Made by a program: the position numbers and the translations under genes | Part shown: in pieces, positions 11,092 through 22,900 of the stretch | How the letters are laid out: every line of letters starts with the position of its first letter | Position numbering within the stretch: the stretch's first letter is position 1 | Origin: Azolla caroliniana | Lineage: Eukaryota; Plantae; Polypodiophyta | Length of the DNA: 28,797 bases | NCBI GenBank assembly: GCA_043228905.1 | Contig: JBHGNT010000393.1 | Location: 1-28,797, forward strand | Reading direction: 5' to 3' | The notes under the pieces: generated by a model | The model's input: only the letters and a program-made list of their open reading frames with translations | The model's database searches: none | Told to the model about the DNA's origin: nothing

Positions 11092-11846
11092 CTGGTTGGT
11101 AGACATAGTGGTTATGCCAATGGGATTGTGGCAAATGAGATACCTAGTGCTAGCAAGAGAGGATCTCACCAACCAAGTAGAAGGTCGGGCACTAAGGAAT
11201 AAAACAACTTTGGCAGTTTGCAAGTTTCTCCTTGAAGATGTTATTTGTCGATATGGATTTGTCGGCAAAATAGTAGCCGATACAGGAGAATTAAATGCAA
11301 ATGAAGCTAAAGATTTTTTCTCAAGGATAGGCATCAAATTATCACTTACCAGGGCATACAACCCGGAGGCAAATGGAAAGGTGGAGCAGGGACATAGCCC
11401 GATTTTAAAAGCTCTAACAAAGGCTTGTGATGGGAAGATGGGGGACTGGCCACGATTATTACCATATGCATTGTGGGCTGATAGAACTACACATAACACG
11501 ACTACAGAATATATGTCGGAGAGCTCATATTAGGGCAAAAACCAATCATTCCTATCGAGCAAAGTGTTACCTCATGGACGGCTTTGCCATGGCAAGAGGA
11601 GATTAGTCGAGAAGACTTGCTAGCTACAAGGATCCAACAATTAGAACAGAGACCCAAAGATGTCGAGTTAGCAATAGAACAGTTACGTGAGGCTCAATTG
11701 AGCAACATCGAGAATTTTGATAAAAAGCATCGTCTTCTTCTAAGAAAAATTGAAGAAGGAGATTGGGTACTTGTCTATGATAGCAGCCTTGATAATCAAC
11801 ATAGCACTACTTGCAAGTTCGTGAAATGATGGTTTGGCCTATACGT
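11090..11846 (+). pseudogene. Integrase fragment of element E (Phygy-like), first part
   Basis: WLVDIVVMP, EDLTNQVEGRAL, YNPEANGK, WADRTTH; interrupted by D at WFGLY|V. Confidence 0.88.
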
Positions 11847-12629
11847 TGTCGCAGTGTAATTCGCACACTACGTGAAAAATTAAATTTTTGGTCTCTCCGG
11901 ATAGGACATGGAGTACCCGGTAAGAACCGGACAAAGAAAACTAGCAAGCATCGGATGAAGCAGAACCGGAAAGAGCCGGATGAAGAAGGCGGGGGAGAGT
12001 CTCTCACCGGATGAAGAGACATATTTGTAAATAGAAGAAAGTATAAAAATATATATATTACATGCATAGGGCAAGATTCGAACCTTGCACCTCCATGTTA
12101 ATAATGTTAAGCCTTATCATTATACTAGCGTATTATGAATTTTAAAGTTATACTAAACTTTATCCCATGTAAAATTTCTAGACATGCATGGTACAAAAAG
12201 TTATTCATGCATAGACACTTGAATTAGAAGAAAAGATGAGATAAAAAGCTAATCATGCACATGCAGTGTGCATGAAAACTAAAGATAGGAAAAGCATGAT
12301 GCTTGCATGTGATAAACTTAGACTCTTCCAACACTATATAAGGAAGGGAGAAAGATGTATAGAGTTGTTGATTATTTTACAAGGGTTGATTAATCTAATA
12401 TATTCGTGGGATTCACGATTTTTTTCCATCTATTTCTCTTTTACATTCTAAGTATCAATTAATACACTATACTCGTGGGATTCACGAGGTTCATATCTTC
12501 TTTCAAATATTTCTCTTTCTTGCAATCGATTCATAAGTAGCCTTATCTCATATTCTTCTTTCTCCTAGTCCAAAACCTCAGCGATTCCCACCCGACTCAC
12601 GCAACAATCTGGAGCCGAAAGGCACGACA
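11847..12629 (+). repeat. 5' LTR of D
   Basis: TGTCG...CGACA; direct repeat of 18281-19063; TATA CTATATAAG at ~12334. Confidence 0.96.
12045..12134 (-). other. tRNA-like Pol III module (A box, B box, T5 terminator) antisense in the 5' LTR of D; second copy at ~18479-18568
   Basis: Minus strand TAGTATAATGATAAG...GGAGGTGCAAGGTTCGAATC...TTTTT; 43-nt A-to-B spacing. Confidence 0.6.
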
Positions 12630-12633
12630 CAAG

Positions 12634-12651
12634 TGGTGAACCCGACGTGAA
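12634..12651 (+). promoter_or_regulatory. PBS of D, complementary to plant cytosolic tRNA-Trp 3' end
   Basis: TGGTGAACCCGACGTGAA is the reverse complement of ...TTCACGTCGGGTTCA-CCA (tRNA sequence recalled, not searched). Confidence 0.8.
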
Positions 12652-12667
12652 CACGGGTGGCAAGGAG

Positions 12668-14691
12668 ATGGAAAATCAACCGGAGGCTAACAACATGATG
12701 ATGATGTTCGAGCGGATGCTTCAGGAACAACGTGCGATGTCGGAGATAGTGGCGGCAGTAGAGTGGCTCGTGCACCTGATCGGGCAATTCAACGGAAAGG
12801 ACGTATCGCACTATCTTCAGGACTACAAGGCAGAAATGCTACGGTGCGGGATTTTGGAAGGACTGCAAGTGGCATCCTTCAACCGGGTGGCTACCGACGG
12901 GCTTCAAGCAAGTATCCACGGGCTACGACAACAAAATCCGACGTGGGAAGCATTTGAAGAGGCGCTAAAGACCACGTTCGCTATTGAGGACTCCTCCAAG
13001 GCAACGCGGAGAGGATTCGAGGATTGGGTAGAAACGCCGGACAAGGGGATGAAGGTCCTCGATGTGTTTTAGGCATTTGAAAGTCGGTTCGGGAGGTTGT
13101 CTGCGAGAGATCAAGCTATCCTCGCATCGGACAAAGTTATCATGTTCTTACGAGCCGTAGAAGTTCGGGACCAGAAGGATCTTGGAGTGCTTCTAGAGGA
13201 CACGACTACCGAGAGCGGCCTCACCGAAACATGGCAAAGCGTGTGGGATATCGTCCCGCGATACACAAAGAGGGGGCAATGGCTTGCCAACGAAGAAAAC
13301 AGGGTTTCGGAACCGATTCTGAAACCGAGATCCTGATCGGAAGACCATCAACCGCGGGCTCGGAAAGCTACGACTGAGAAAGGAATGGACACAACTACGG
13401 TGGAGCAGTTGCTGAAGGAGATGGAGAATCTAAAAATCGCAATGGTGAAGAAGCCGGATGACCGTCCCACAAGTTCCAAGTATATGGACCGTTGATGCAT
13501 ATGGTGCAATAGCATCGAACATGATCGGAGGGATTGGGACGAGCACAAGGAGGCGTTACGACGGGATCTTATCTACTACGAGGGAAATCGGATTCATTCG
13601 ATGGACTCTCGGAAGCCACTCCGACCGAACTTCCGGAAAGGCGGCATGAAGAAGGTCCTAGAGGAGGAAATAGCGGCAAAGAACAATTACGCGACAACCG
13701 TGGGAATACGTGTTGGGGAGTCATTTTTGGCCGGAAGTGCTAGAAAACATCCAGAAAACCGAATCTAACGAGATCTGAAGCACCACGGAAGGCATCCGGG
13801 AAGCTACGGGATGGGAGTGCCCCGTCGATAAGAATAGCGTGTTTGCTTTATGCCAATTGCATGAAGTGTATGTAGATGAGAAGCGATGGCGCACGGATGA
13901 GGTGGCCGGTCCATCGAAGACACCGGAAAGCTGGAACTCCGGAGGTAAGGGAAAAGAAAAGATGATTCCGGCATTCAAGCTCGCCTCGAACATCGAACTA
14001 CAAACGGACTTGAAAAAGGTGTTCGAGGAGAGAATCCTCGATAGCCGGGTAGATTTTTCGCTTTGAGAAATACTCGGAATAGCGAAGAAGGAGTTCTATG
14101 ATCTTCTTGTGGATCTCGTGAAGAGAAAAAGGCAAAGTACGGAGGAGAACGCTCCAAGGGTGAATGCAAATACCATTCTAATGAATGACACCGAATTGGA
14201 GGATGAAATACCGAATTCTCACTACACAAAGCCACACTGGGCACGCGCAACTACGAAGACTCCGGTCCGAATCGGTAACATCAAAGAACCTGTGCTAGCA
14301 TTGATTGATCACGGATCGGAGATCAACTTGATGTCCAAGGAATTCTACCGGAAGGGTAAGTGGCCTATTAACACGAATCATGGGTGGAAGATCCGGGCAG
14401 CCACTAAAGCAACGGAAGATCTATTTGCGGCTTGTCCGGATGTGAGGGTGAAGATCGGGGATGTCGAGATCGACCAAAATTTCTTTGTACAAGACGAGGT
14501 CTCACACTCCGTGATCCTCGGGCAACCTTTTATCACAACATCACGGATGGAGACGAAGGTGCTCGATAGCGGTGTGGCTTTTGCGCGAATTCGGAGCTAA
14601 AACGGAGGGAAGTCCGTCCAATTGCTAACGGTGCCGGCAAATCATGAAAGGAACAAGAGAGCTCTTGTCACAAACAAGAATGGATTTTTAG
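12668..14691 (+). pseudogene. gag: Gag-protease ORF of D, disrupted
   Basis: FNGKDVS..L, degenerate knuckle CIWCNSIEHDRRDW, protease ALIDHGSEIN...ILGQPF; several stops and a frameshift near 13725. Confidence 0.82.
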
Positions 14692-17600
14692 AGCGGACTG
14701 TTGCAGAGTGGGGAAGTGATAATTCGAGAAGCCCTGATACCCCACACAGGAAGAAACCTCTTGGTGCAAAACAAGTACGAATCGGTCTGGATGGGGCATC
14801 CACGTACACGGCCGTGACCGGAGGAATGAGGAAAGAATACCGAAAAGTAGAGGATAAGTTACGGTCGACATCAATAATAAAAGAAGACGAAGAAATCGTG
14901 GGAATAGTCGAAGAGGTGTTCTATGGGAGCACACTACAACGGCTTGAAGAGCTCGCGGAAGATACAAGCCAGGGAAACCGGGTAATTCCAGTGGAGTTGG
15001 TCGAGATGTACGAGATCATTGTGAAAATGGGGCCGGATGCGCTCCGCAAAGAAGAAGCAATGGTAAGTACGAAATACAAGACCGTGGAGAAGAAAGTGAA
15101 ACTGGCCGCGGGACCGTTACCCGCAGATAGCGAACAAAAGAGGAAAGAAGTCTCAGGGGATCCGACACTTCGGAAGTCCATGGATATCGGACATGCCTTC
15201 ACAGATGAGACCCGGAAGAAACTTCGGATCGGTGGAGGTGGGTTCCTATTAAAGAATGAAGAAGAACGATTCCGTGGGATGCTAGAGCGACATGGGAGAG
15301 CATTTGCATTTACATCGAAAGAAATAGGATGCGTTGACCCGAAGATAGTGGAGCCGATGGTGATCTTCACGATTGACCATGTGCCGTGGAACCTGAAGCC
15401 GATTCCGGTGCCAGGGGCGCATATTCCGAAAATCATCGACTTGCTCAAGGAGAAGGTCGCAATGGGGATTCTAGAGCCATCAAATGCTCCGTACTCAAAT
15501 CGATGGTTTACGGTTTCGAAGAAGAATGGGTCACTCTGATTTATTCCAGATTTGCAACCGGTGAACAAGGTCACGATCCGGAACTCCGGAGTCGGTCCGA
15601 TAGTGGACGAATTTGCGGAAGCATTTGCCGGTCACGCGATATACTCCATCGGAGACCTATACTCCGGATATGACCAATTCCAACTAGCTGTGAAGAGCTG
15701 AGACATCACTACCATGCGGACACCGATAGGATTAGTCCGGATGTGTACGCTACCACAAGGCGCGATGAACTCGGTCGCACATATGATGAATGCAATGAAC
15801 AAGGTGCTTCGAGACTGCATTCCGGAGATAACGATGCCGTTCCTAGATGACATTCCAATGAAAGGATGCGCGGTAGAAGAAAAAGATGAAACTATGGATG
15901 ATCGGGGATGCTGAAAGTTCGTAGTCGACCATATTCGTGATTGTGAGAAAGTGTTACGAAAGTTAGAAGATGTGCATCTAACACTTTTCGGAGAGAAATC
16001 GGCATTCGGACAAGAAGAAATATTGGTAGTCGGACATCTATGTGGGCCCTATGGCCGAAGACCATCACCAACCAAGATCGATGTGATTCAAGCTATGAAA
16101 GAAGTATGTGAGTCACAATCCGAAGTTCGAAGGTTTCTTGGAGCATGTGCATTCTACCACATATGGATTCCGCACTATGCACATATAGTGGACCCACTCT
16201 ATCACTTGTTGCAGAAGGGTAAGAAGTTTGAATGGAAACCAGAGCATACCAAAGCCGTGAAGAAGCTCAAGAAATCACTACAGAGGGCAGAAGCACTAAA
16301 GAAGCCGAACTATGACCAACCGATCATAGTAACGGTTGACACAAGTCCAACCGGAATCGGATGGGTCATCAATCAAGCCGATCCGGAAGGTTCACGATAT
16401 CCGATCCGATTCGGAGCAAAGGTTCTTAACGAAAGGCAATGCGGATATGCACAAGTTAAAAGAGAATTATGGGGAGTCGTGTCGGCAATCAAATCGGATC
16501 GAGATTATTTGATCGGAGCCGAAGTAGTGATCGAAACAGATTGTCTTCCGATACTCGGGATGATGCGGTGTTGCACGATACCAGATGTGGCTATGCTAAG
16601 ATGGATTGCATATGTTAAGTCACTTAATCCAGAGGTAAGACACATCTCCGGAAAAGACAACGTTGTAGCGGATATGCTATCAAGGGCGCGGTTCGGAGAT
16701 GACATAACCGAATCCGATAATGAAGAAGTTTCCGAAGACTACTTTGCTTCGGAGCACATATGCCGGGTGGACATAATCCAAGAATTCTGGGAAGAAGAAT
16801 ACAAGGGAGAAAGCTTATTGATCGGGAAAATGCTACGAGAAATCGACGAATCATCGGACAATAAAGAGAAGAGAGCCGAGATCCGAAGTAAGAAACGGCA
16901 AGTCTGAAAGTTCTTCTTGAAAAATGGATTTTTATGGAGGGAGCCGAAAAGACCGGGTGGCATACCACTTCGAGTAGTCGGGACAAAAGAGCAACAAAAC
17001 CAGGTAATGTCCGAATTTCACGAATCTAATTGGGCTGAACATTGGGGAACATGGGCAACATTTGGGAAGATCAAGCAAAGATATTGGTGGAAGAATATGT
17101 ACGAAGATGTCGCGGAGTTCACGGAAAGCTGCGAGAAGTGTCAAATCTACTCCAGAGTTTGACATCGAGATGAGTTACATCCGACATTCTCACCGACAAT
17201 CAACTTCAAATGGATGGTCGACATTGTAGCCATGCCAACTAGGATCGGACAAAAGAAGTACTTGGTGTTAGCTCGGGAAGATCTCACAAACCAAGTAGAA
17301 GGTCGGGCGCTACGGAGGAAAACGTGTTCTACGGTATGCCAATTCCTTTTGGAAGAAGTGTTTTGCAGGTACGGGTGCGTAGGACAAGTGATTGCGGATC
17401 GGGGAGAACTCGACTCTGATAAAGCTAAGGAATTCTTCACTAAACATGGAGTTCGGTTAACACTGACAACGACATACAATCCGGAAGCCAACGGGAAGAT
17501 CGAACGAGGACATAGTCCGATTGTCAAAGCACTTGCGAATGCATGCGATGGAAGGGTGAAGGATTGGCCGCATATGCTTCCGTATGCACTATGGGCGGAT

Positions 17601-18224
17601 CGGACGACGCATAGCTCCGTAACCGGTTACATGCCGGCAGAACTCATGACCGGACAAGCACCGGTAATGCCGATGGAAACCGCAATCGCGACATGGACAA
17701 TGCTACCATGGAAGGAAGAGATGAGCCGGGAAGAACTACTAGCGGTCCGGATACGACAATTGGAGGGAAGACCGGAACACATAACGGAAGCAATACGCAG
17801 ACAACAAGAAGCGCGATTCCGGAATAAAAGTCAGTTCGACACAAAGCACCGACTACGACCGCGGAAGATTGAAGAAGGAGATTGGGTGATTGTCTACGAC
17901 AGTAGTTTGGATCATCAACATACAACGATGTGGAAGTTCACGAAAAGGTGGTTCGGGCCATATGAGGTTCGGAAAGTTTTCGATAACGGAACTTACCGAC
18001 TATGCGAGTTTGATGGAACGATGCTATGAGTGCCTATAGCCGGGAAACGGGTGAAGATTTTCAAGAAGTGGACTGATGAAGAACCCTATGTGATCCTAGA
18101 CAAGACCGACAAGAAGGAGCAATCGGACGAAGATCGCGGTGATGCGGAAAGCGAGGAAAGTGGATTACAACTCATAGTCGACTTAAGGGGAGAATTGGAG
18201 GAAGCTTCGGATGAAGGTGAATAG
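14682..18224 (+). pseudogene. pol: Pol of D (RT, RNase H, integrase), one frame with several stops
   Basis: LPQG, FLDD, VDTSPTG/ELWG/ETDC/DMLSR, integrase VDI/ADRGE/ERGH, WFGPY; no chromodomain seen. Confidence 0.92.
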
Positions 18225-18268
18225 CAAGCATCGGGGACTTCGGCACATACCGGAGGATGTGCGGGTTC

Positions 18269-18280
18269 GGAGGGGGCGAG
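18269..18280 (+). promoter_or_regulatory. PPT of D
   Basis: GGAGGGGGCGAG before the 3' LTR. Confidence 0.8.
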
Positions 18281-19063
18281 TGTCGCAGTGTAATTCGTAC
18301 ACCACGTGAAAAATTACATTTTTGGTCTCTCCGGATAGGACATGGAGTACCCGGTAAGAACCGGACAAAGAAAACTAGCAAGCACCGGATGAAGCAGAAC
18401 CGGAAAGAGCCGGATGAAGAAGGCCGGGGAGAGTCTCTCACCGAATGAAGAGACATATTTGTAAATAGAAGAAAGTATAAAAATATATATATTACATGCA
18501 TAGGGCAAGATTCGAACCTTGCACCTCCATGTTAATAATGTTAAGCCTTATCATTATACAAGCGTATTATGAATTTTAAAGTTATACTAAACTTTATCCC
18601 ATGTAAAATTTCTAGACATGCATGGTACAAAAAGTTATTCATGCATAGACACTTGAATTAGAAGAAAAGATGAGATAAAAAGCTAATCATGCACATGCAG
18701 TGTGCATGAAAACTAAAGATAGGAAAAGCATGATGCTTGCATGTGATAAACTTAGACTCTTCCAACACTATATAAAGAAGGGAGAAATATGTATAGAGTT
18801 GTTGATTATTTTACAAGGGTTGATTAATCTAATATATTCGTGGGATTCACAATTTTTTTCCATCTATTTCTCTCTTACATTCTAAGTATCAATTAATACA
18901 CTATACTCGTGGGATTCACGAGGTTCATATCTTCTTTCAAATATTTCTCTTTCTTGCAATCGATTCATAAGTAGCCTTATCTCATATTCTTCTTTCTCCT
19001 AGTCCAAAACCTCAGCGGCTCCCACCCGACTCACGCAACGATCCGGAGCCGAAAGGCACGACA
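18281..19063 (+). repeat. 3' LTR of D
   Basis: Direct repeat of 11847-12629 at a constant offset of 6434. Confidence 0.96.
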
Positions 19064-19288
19064 ACGTGGTTAAGGAAATAGAAACCAATGCAACCTATTT
19101 TCTAGCGGAGTTAGATGGAACTCGACTTGCTTTGCCGATTGCAGGGAAGAGAATCAAGATCTTTAAGTGAAGAGAGACCAAAAATCTTGAAATCGAACCT
19201 CTAGACTTCTAGGTTTAAAAAGAATAAGCAATAGCAGCTAACAATCATTGGCATATACCAGAGGATGTGCAGGTTTGGTGAGGTTGGA
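19064..19288 (+). pseudogene. Element E: integrase C-terminus and PPT region
   Basis: Removing D plus one ACGT restores WFGLYVVKEIETNATYFLAELDGTRLALPIAGKRIKIFK, homologous to C and D. Confidence 0.85.
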
Positions 19289-19445
19289 TGTCGTTATGTT
19301 TTCGACACATAGTGTGAAACCACCCTCAAAAGAGAATAAAATAGTGGTCCAAATAAACTAATTTTCTTAAGTCAACTATAGTAATAAATGAAAGGATAAA
19401 AAGTTAGAAGAGGTTTTCGAAAGTAGACAAAAAGCTAGTTGTGGA

Positions 19446-19947
19446 TGTTAGGTTTTTCTGTCCACATTAATAAGTAAATAAAATGGGCCTTGGACGCCCA
19501 AAACTTGTATTTTTAAAAATAGTGTCAAAGGGGTTCACCCAAGAAGACGTTACATATGTACACTATGTAACTCATTCGTTTTTTAGTATGTTAAAAAGGG
19601 AAAAACAAGCATTTTCTCTGCTGCAATAGAGAAAAACAGATTTCAAAGAGCCCATACTCTCTTTCTTAGCTAATTCCTTCAATCTTTCTAAGTACACCAA
19701 CACACTCAGACATCCGGACATCGCCGTCTCCGTCATCAGTCACGTGCTATGAGTTTTGGTGGTTTTTGCGTTCCTTTTTTGTTAAGTTTTTATTTTTGAG
19801 GAAAAATCATATTTCTCGATTGCTCATAGTACTCTAACTTGTTTAGAGTAGAACTTTGGTGTATCAGATTTATATTGATAGTGAATTAGTTCTGGAGTAG
19901 GTCCCGTGGTTTTTACCTCTTTGAGGGTTTTCCACGTTAAAAATTTG
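19446..19947 (+). repeat. 5' LTR of F, lacking the last ~110 bp
   Basis: Aligns with 23991-24469, then runs straight into TGGTATCAGAG. Confidence 0.9.
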
Positions 19948-19977
19948 TGGTATCAGAGTAGAGGTTGAGCACTTCTT

Positions 19978-22900
19978 ATGGAGACAAATTTTTCCACAAT
20001 GGTTTGCTTGAATGGCATCAACTACCACAAATGGAAAGGTAAGATGAAAGATCTTCTTTTTGTGAAAAATCTACACTTACCTGTTTTTGCAGATCCTAAA
20101 CCGGAGAGCAAAACTACCAAGGAATGACTTTTCGAGAATCAACAAGTATGTGGTTTTATTCGACAATGGGTGGGAGACAATGTCTTAAACCATATTGTGA
20201 ATGAAACTAATGCTAAAGCTCTATGGAATAAACTTGAAACATTGTATGCATCAAAGACAGGTAACAATAAGTTATTCTTGCTTAAAGAAGCAATGCATTT
20301 AGTGTATAAAGAAGGTAGTTCCATTTTAGATCATCTAAATGAATTTCAAGGATGTTTCGACCAACTTTTTGGTATGGGAGTGAAATTTGATGATGAGATT
20401 AATGCATTATGGTTGTTAAACACTCTCCCTAATTCATGGGAAACTTTTAGGGTATGCAGCCCCAAATGGAATTGTAACTACGGAATATGTCAAGAGCGGT
20501 GTTCTAAATGAGGAGATGAGATGAAGGACACAAGGGACATCGTCACATTCGGAGGTCTTGATGGTTGAGAGAGGGAGGATTAAGCATACAAGCCAAGGTC
20601 AAAACAACCGAGAGAGGATTAGAAGTAAATCAAAACCAAGGTATAAAAATCTAGAATGTCATTTTTGTGGTAAAACATGACACATAAAGAGGTATTGTTA
20701 CAAGTGGAAAAAGGAGAACCACACATCTAGCGGTAAGCATGAAAACAAAGGTAACAATTCTAATCGTGTTAATACAACTTCATCAGATGATTTACTTGTT
20801 GTTTATGATGAAAACGTGATTAATCTTGGTCACAATGAAACTAATTGGGTTGTTGATAGTGGAGCATCGTTCCATGTCACATCTAGAAGGGAGTTTTTTA
20901 CTTCTTATACTTCAGGGGATTTTGGAGTTGTGAAGATTGGCAATGATGGTCTTTCAAAGGTGGTAGGCATCGGGACTATTTGTTTGGAAACCAACACGGG
21001 TTCAAAGTTGATTCTCAAGGAGGTAAGACATGTACCTGACATTTGTTTACATCTTATCTCAACCGGCAAATTAGATGATGATGGCTATTGCAACATCTTC
21101 AATGAGGGACAATGGAAACTGACTAAGGGCTCATTGGTTGTAGCTCGTGGTAAGAAATGCTCTAGTTTGTATTTATTACAAGCATCTATTTCTACTAATC
21201 TTGTGAATGCAGCTGAAAGCAACAATATGTCAGAGCTATGGAATAAACGGTTATCTCATATTAGTGAGAATGGGCTTGATTGTCTAGCAAAGAAAAGCTT
21301 GCTTCCAGGTCTAAAAGATGCCAAGTTAGACATGTGCAATCATTGTGTGGTAGGAAAGCAAAGAAGAGTCGCGTTCAAACAACATTCTTCTTCAAGAAAG
21401 GAAGAGGTACTTGAGTTGGTACATTTAGATGTTTGTGGTCCTTTAAAGGTAAAATCAATAGGTGGTGCACTCTACTTTGTTACTTTTATTGATGACTATT
21501 CTAGGAAACTTTGGATTAGAACATTGAAAACTAAGGACCAAGTATTTAATGTGTTCAAAGAATTTCATGCTTCTGTAGAAAGAGAGACAGGAAAAAAGCT
21601 TAAATGCATTCACACCGACAATGATGGGGAATACCTTGGAGCTTTCAATGCATACTGTTGAGAGCACGGGATTAAGCATCAAAGGACACCACCAAAAACC
21701 CCACAACTAAACGGCTTGGTGGAAAGGATGAATAGGACTCTAGTTGAAAGAGTTCGATGTTTGCTCTCGGATGCAAAGTTATCCAAATCCTTTTGGGGTG
21801 AGGCTTTGAGTACCGTTGCCTATGTTATTAACCTATCTCCTACTATTGCATTGCAAGGTGACGTTCCTAATAGAGTTTGGTATGGTAAGAATGTTTCATA
21901 TGATCATTTATGTGTGTTTGGATGTAAATGCTTTGTACATATACCTAAAGATGAACGGTCTAAATTAGATGTTAAATCTAAAGAATGTATTTTTATTGGT
22001 TATGGCCAAGATGAGTTTGATTACAGATGTTATGACCCAATAGAAAGGAGGCTCATTCGAAGTCGTGATGTGGTATTCGTTGAGGATCAAACTATCGAAG
22101 ATATTGAGAAGGTCAAAGAATCTAACACTCAAGAAAATGGTGGGCTTATTTATTTTGACCCAATTCCTACGACCGAAGATGCTACATATGGAGATGCTTC
22201 CCAACAAGATGAAAACCGTGAGGATGTTGATGAACCAGGTATTATAAATAATAGGGCTGAAGCTAATCATGATGATATTTTACCTCAAACAGGTTTTGAG
22301 CAGTGGAGCAAACTTCCTTACAAGAGGTGGTCAATGAACAACCTAGAAGGTCTACTAGAGAACAAAAACCATTTGTAAGGTATCCTAGTTCAGATTATGT
22401 TTTAATCTCTAATGAAGGGGAGCCTGAAAGTTATTATGATGTTTTAAATCATAAAGATAAGGATGATTGGATAAAAGCATGCACAACGAAATGAACTCAT
22501 TAAAGAAAAATAATACCTTTGATTTAGTAGAACTTCCTAAGGGAAGAAAAGGTTTGAAAAATAAATGGGTGTTTAAGTTAAAACAAGGTGATGCTAACCT
22601 TGTAAAACATAAGGCTCGTTTAGTCGTAAAAGGTTTCGGCCAAAAGAAAGGTATTGATTTTGATGAAATTTTCTCACCAGTTGTGAAAATGAATTCTATT
22701 CGAGTTGTTTTAGGTTTGGCAGCAACTTTAAATCTCGAGATTGAGCAACTCGATGTAAAGACAGCTTTCTTGCATGGAGACTTGAAGGAAGAGATCTACA
22801 TGGAACAACCGGAGGGTTTCGAAGAGAAAGGAAAGGAGCATATGGTATGCAAGTTGAGGAAAAGTCTTTACGGCCTAAAACAAACACCGAGACAATGGTA

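Larger units (their letters stand above)
11847..19063 (+). mobile_element. Element D: full-length non-chromovirus gypsy (Phygy-like), 7217 bp, 4-bp TSD ACGT
   Basis: Paired 783-bp LTRs (~15 substitutions, no indel seen), PBS, gag-PR-RT-RH-INT, PPT; ACGT at 11843-11846 and 19064-19067. Confidence 0.95.

Noticed and set aside
10948-11533. Overlapping 183-aa (-) and 170-aa (+) ORFs as novel fusion genes
   Set aside because: Both cross the C/E breakpoint; each is sense pol plus antisense readthrough
11807-12451. Small ORFs duplicated at 18172-18885
   Set aside because: Duplicated only because they lie in the paired LTRs
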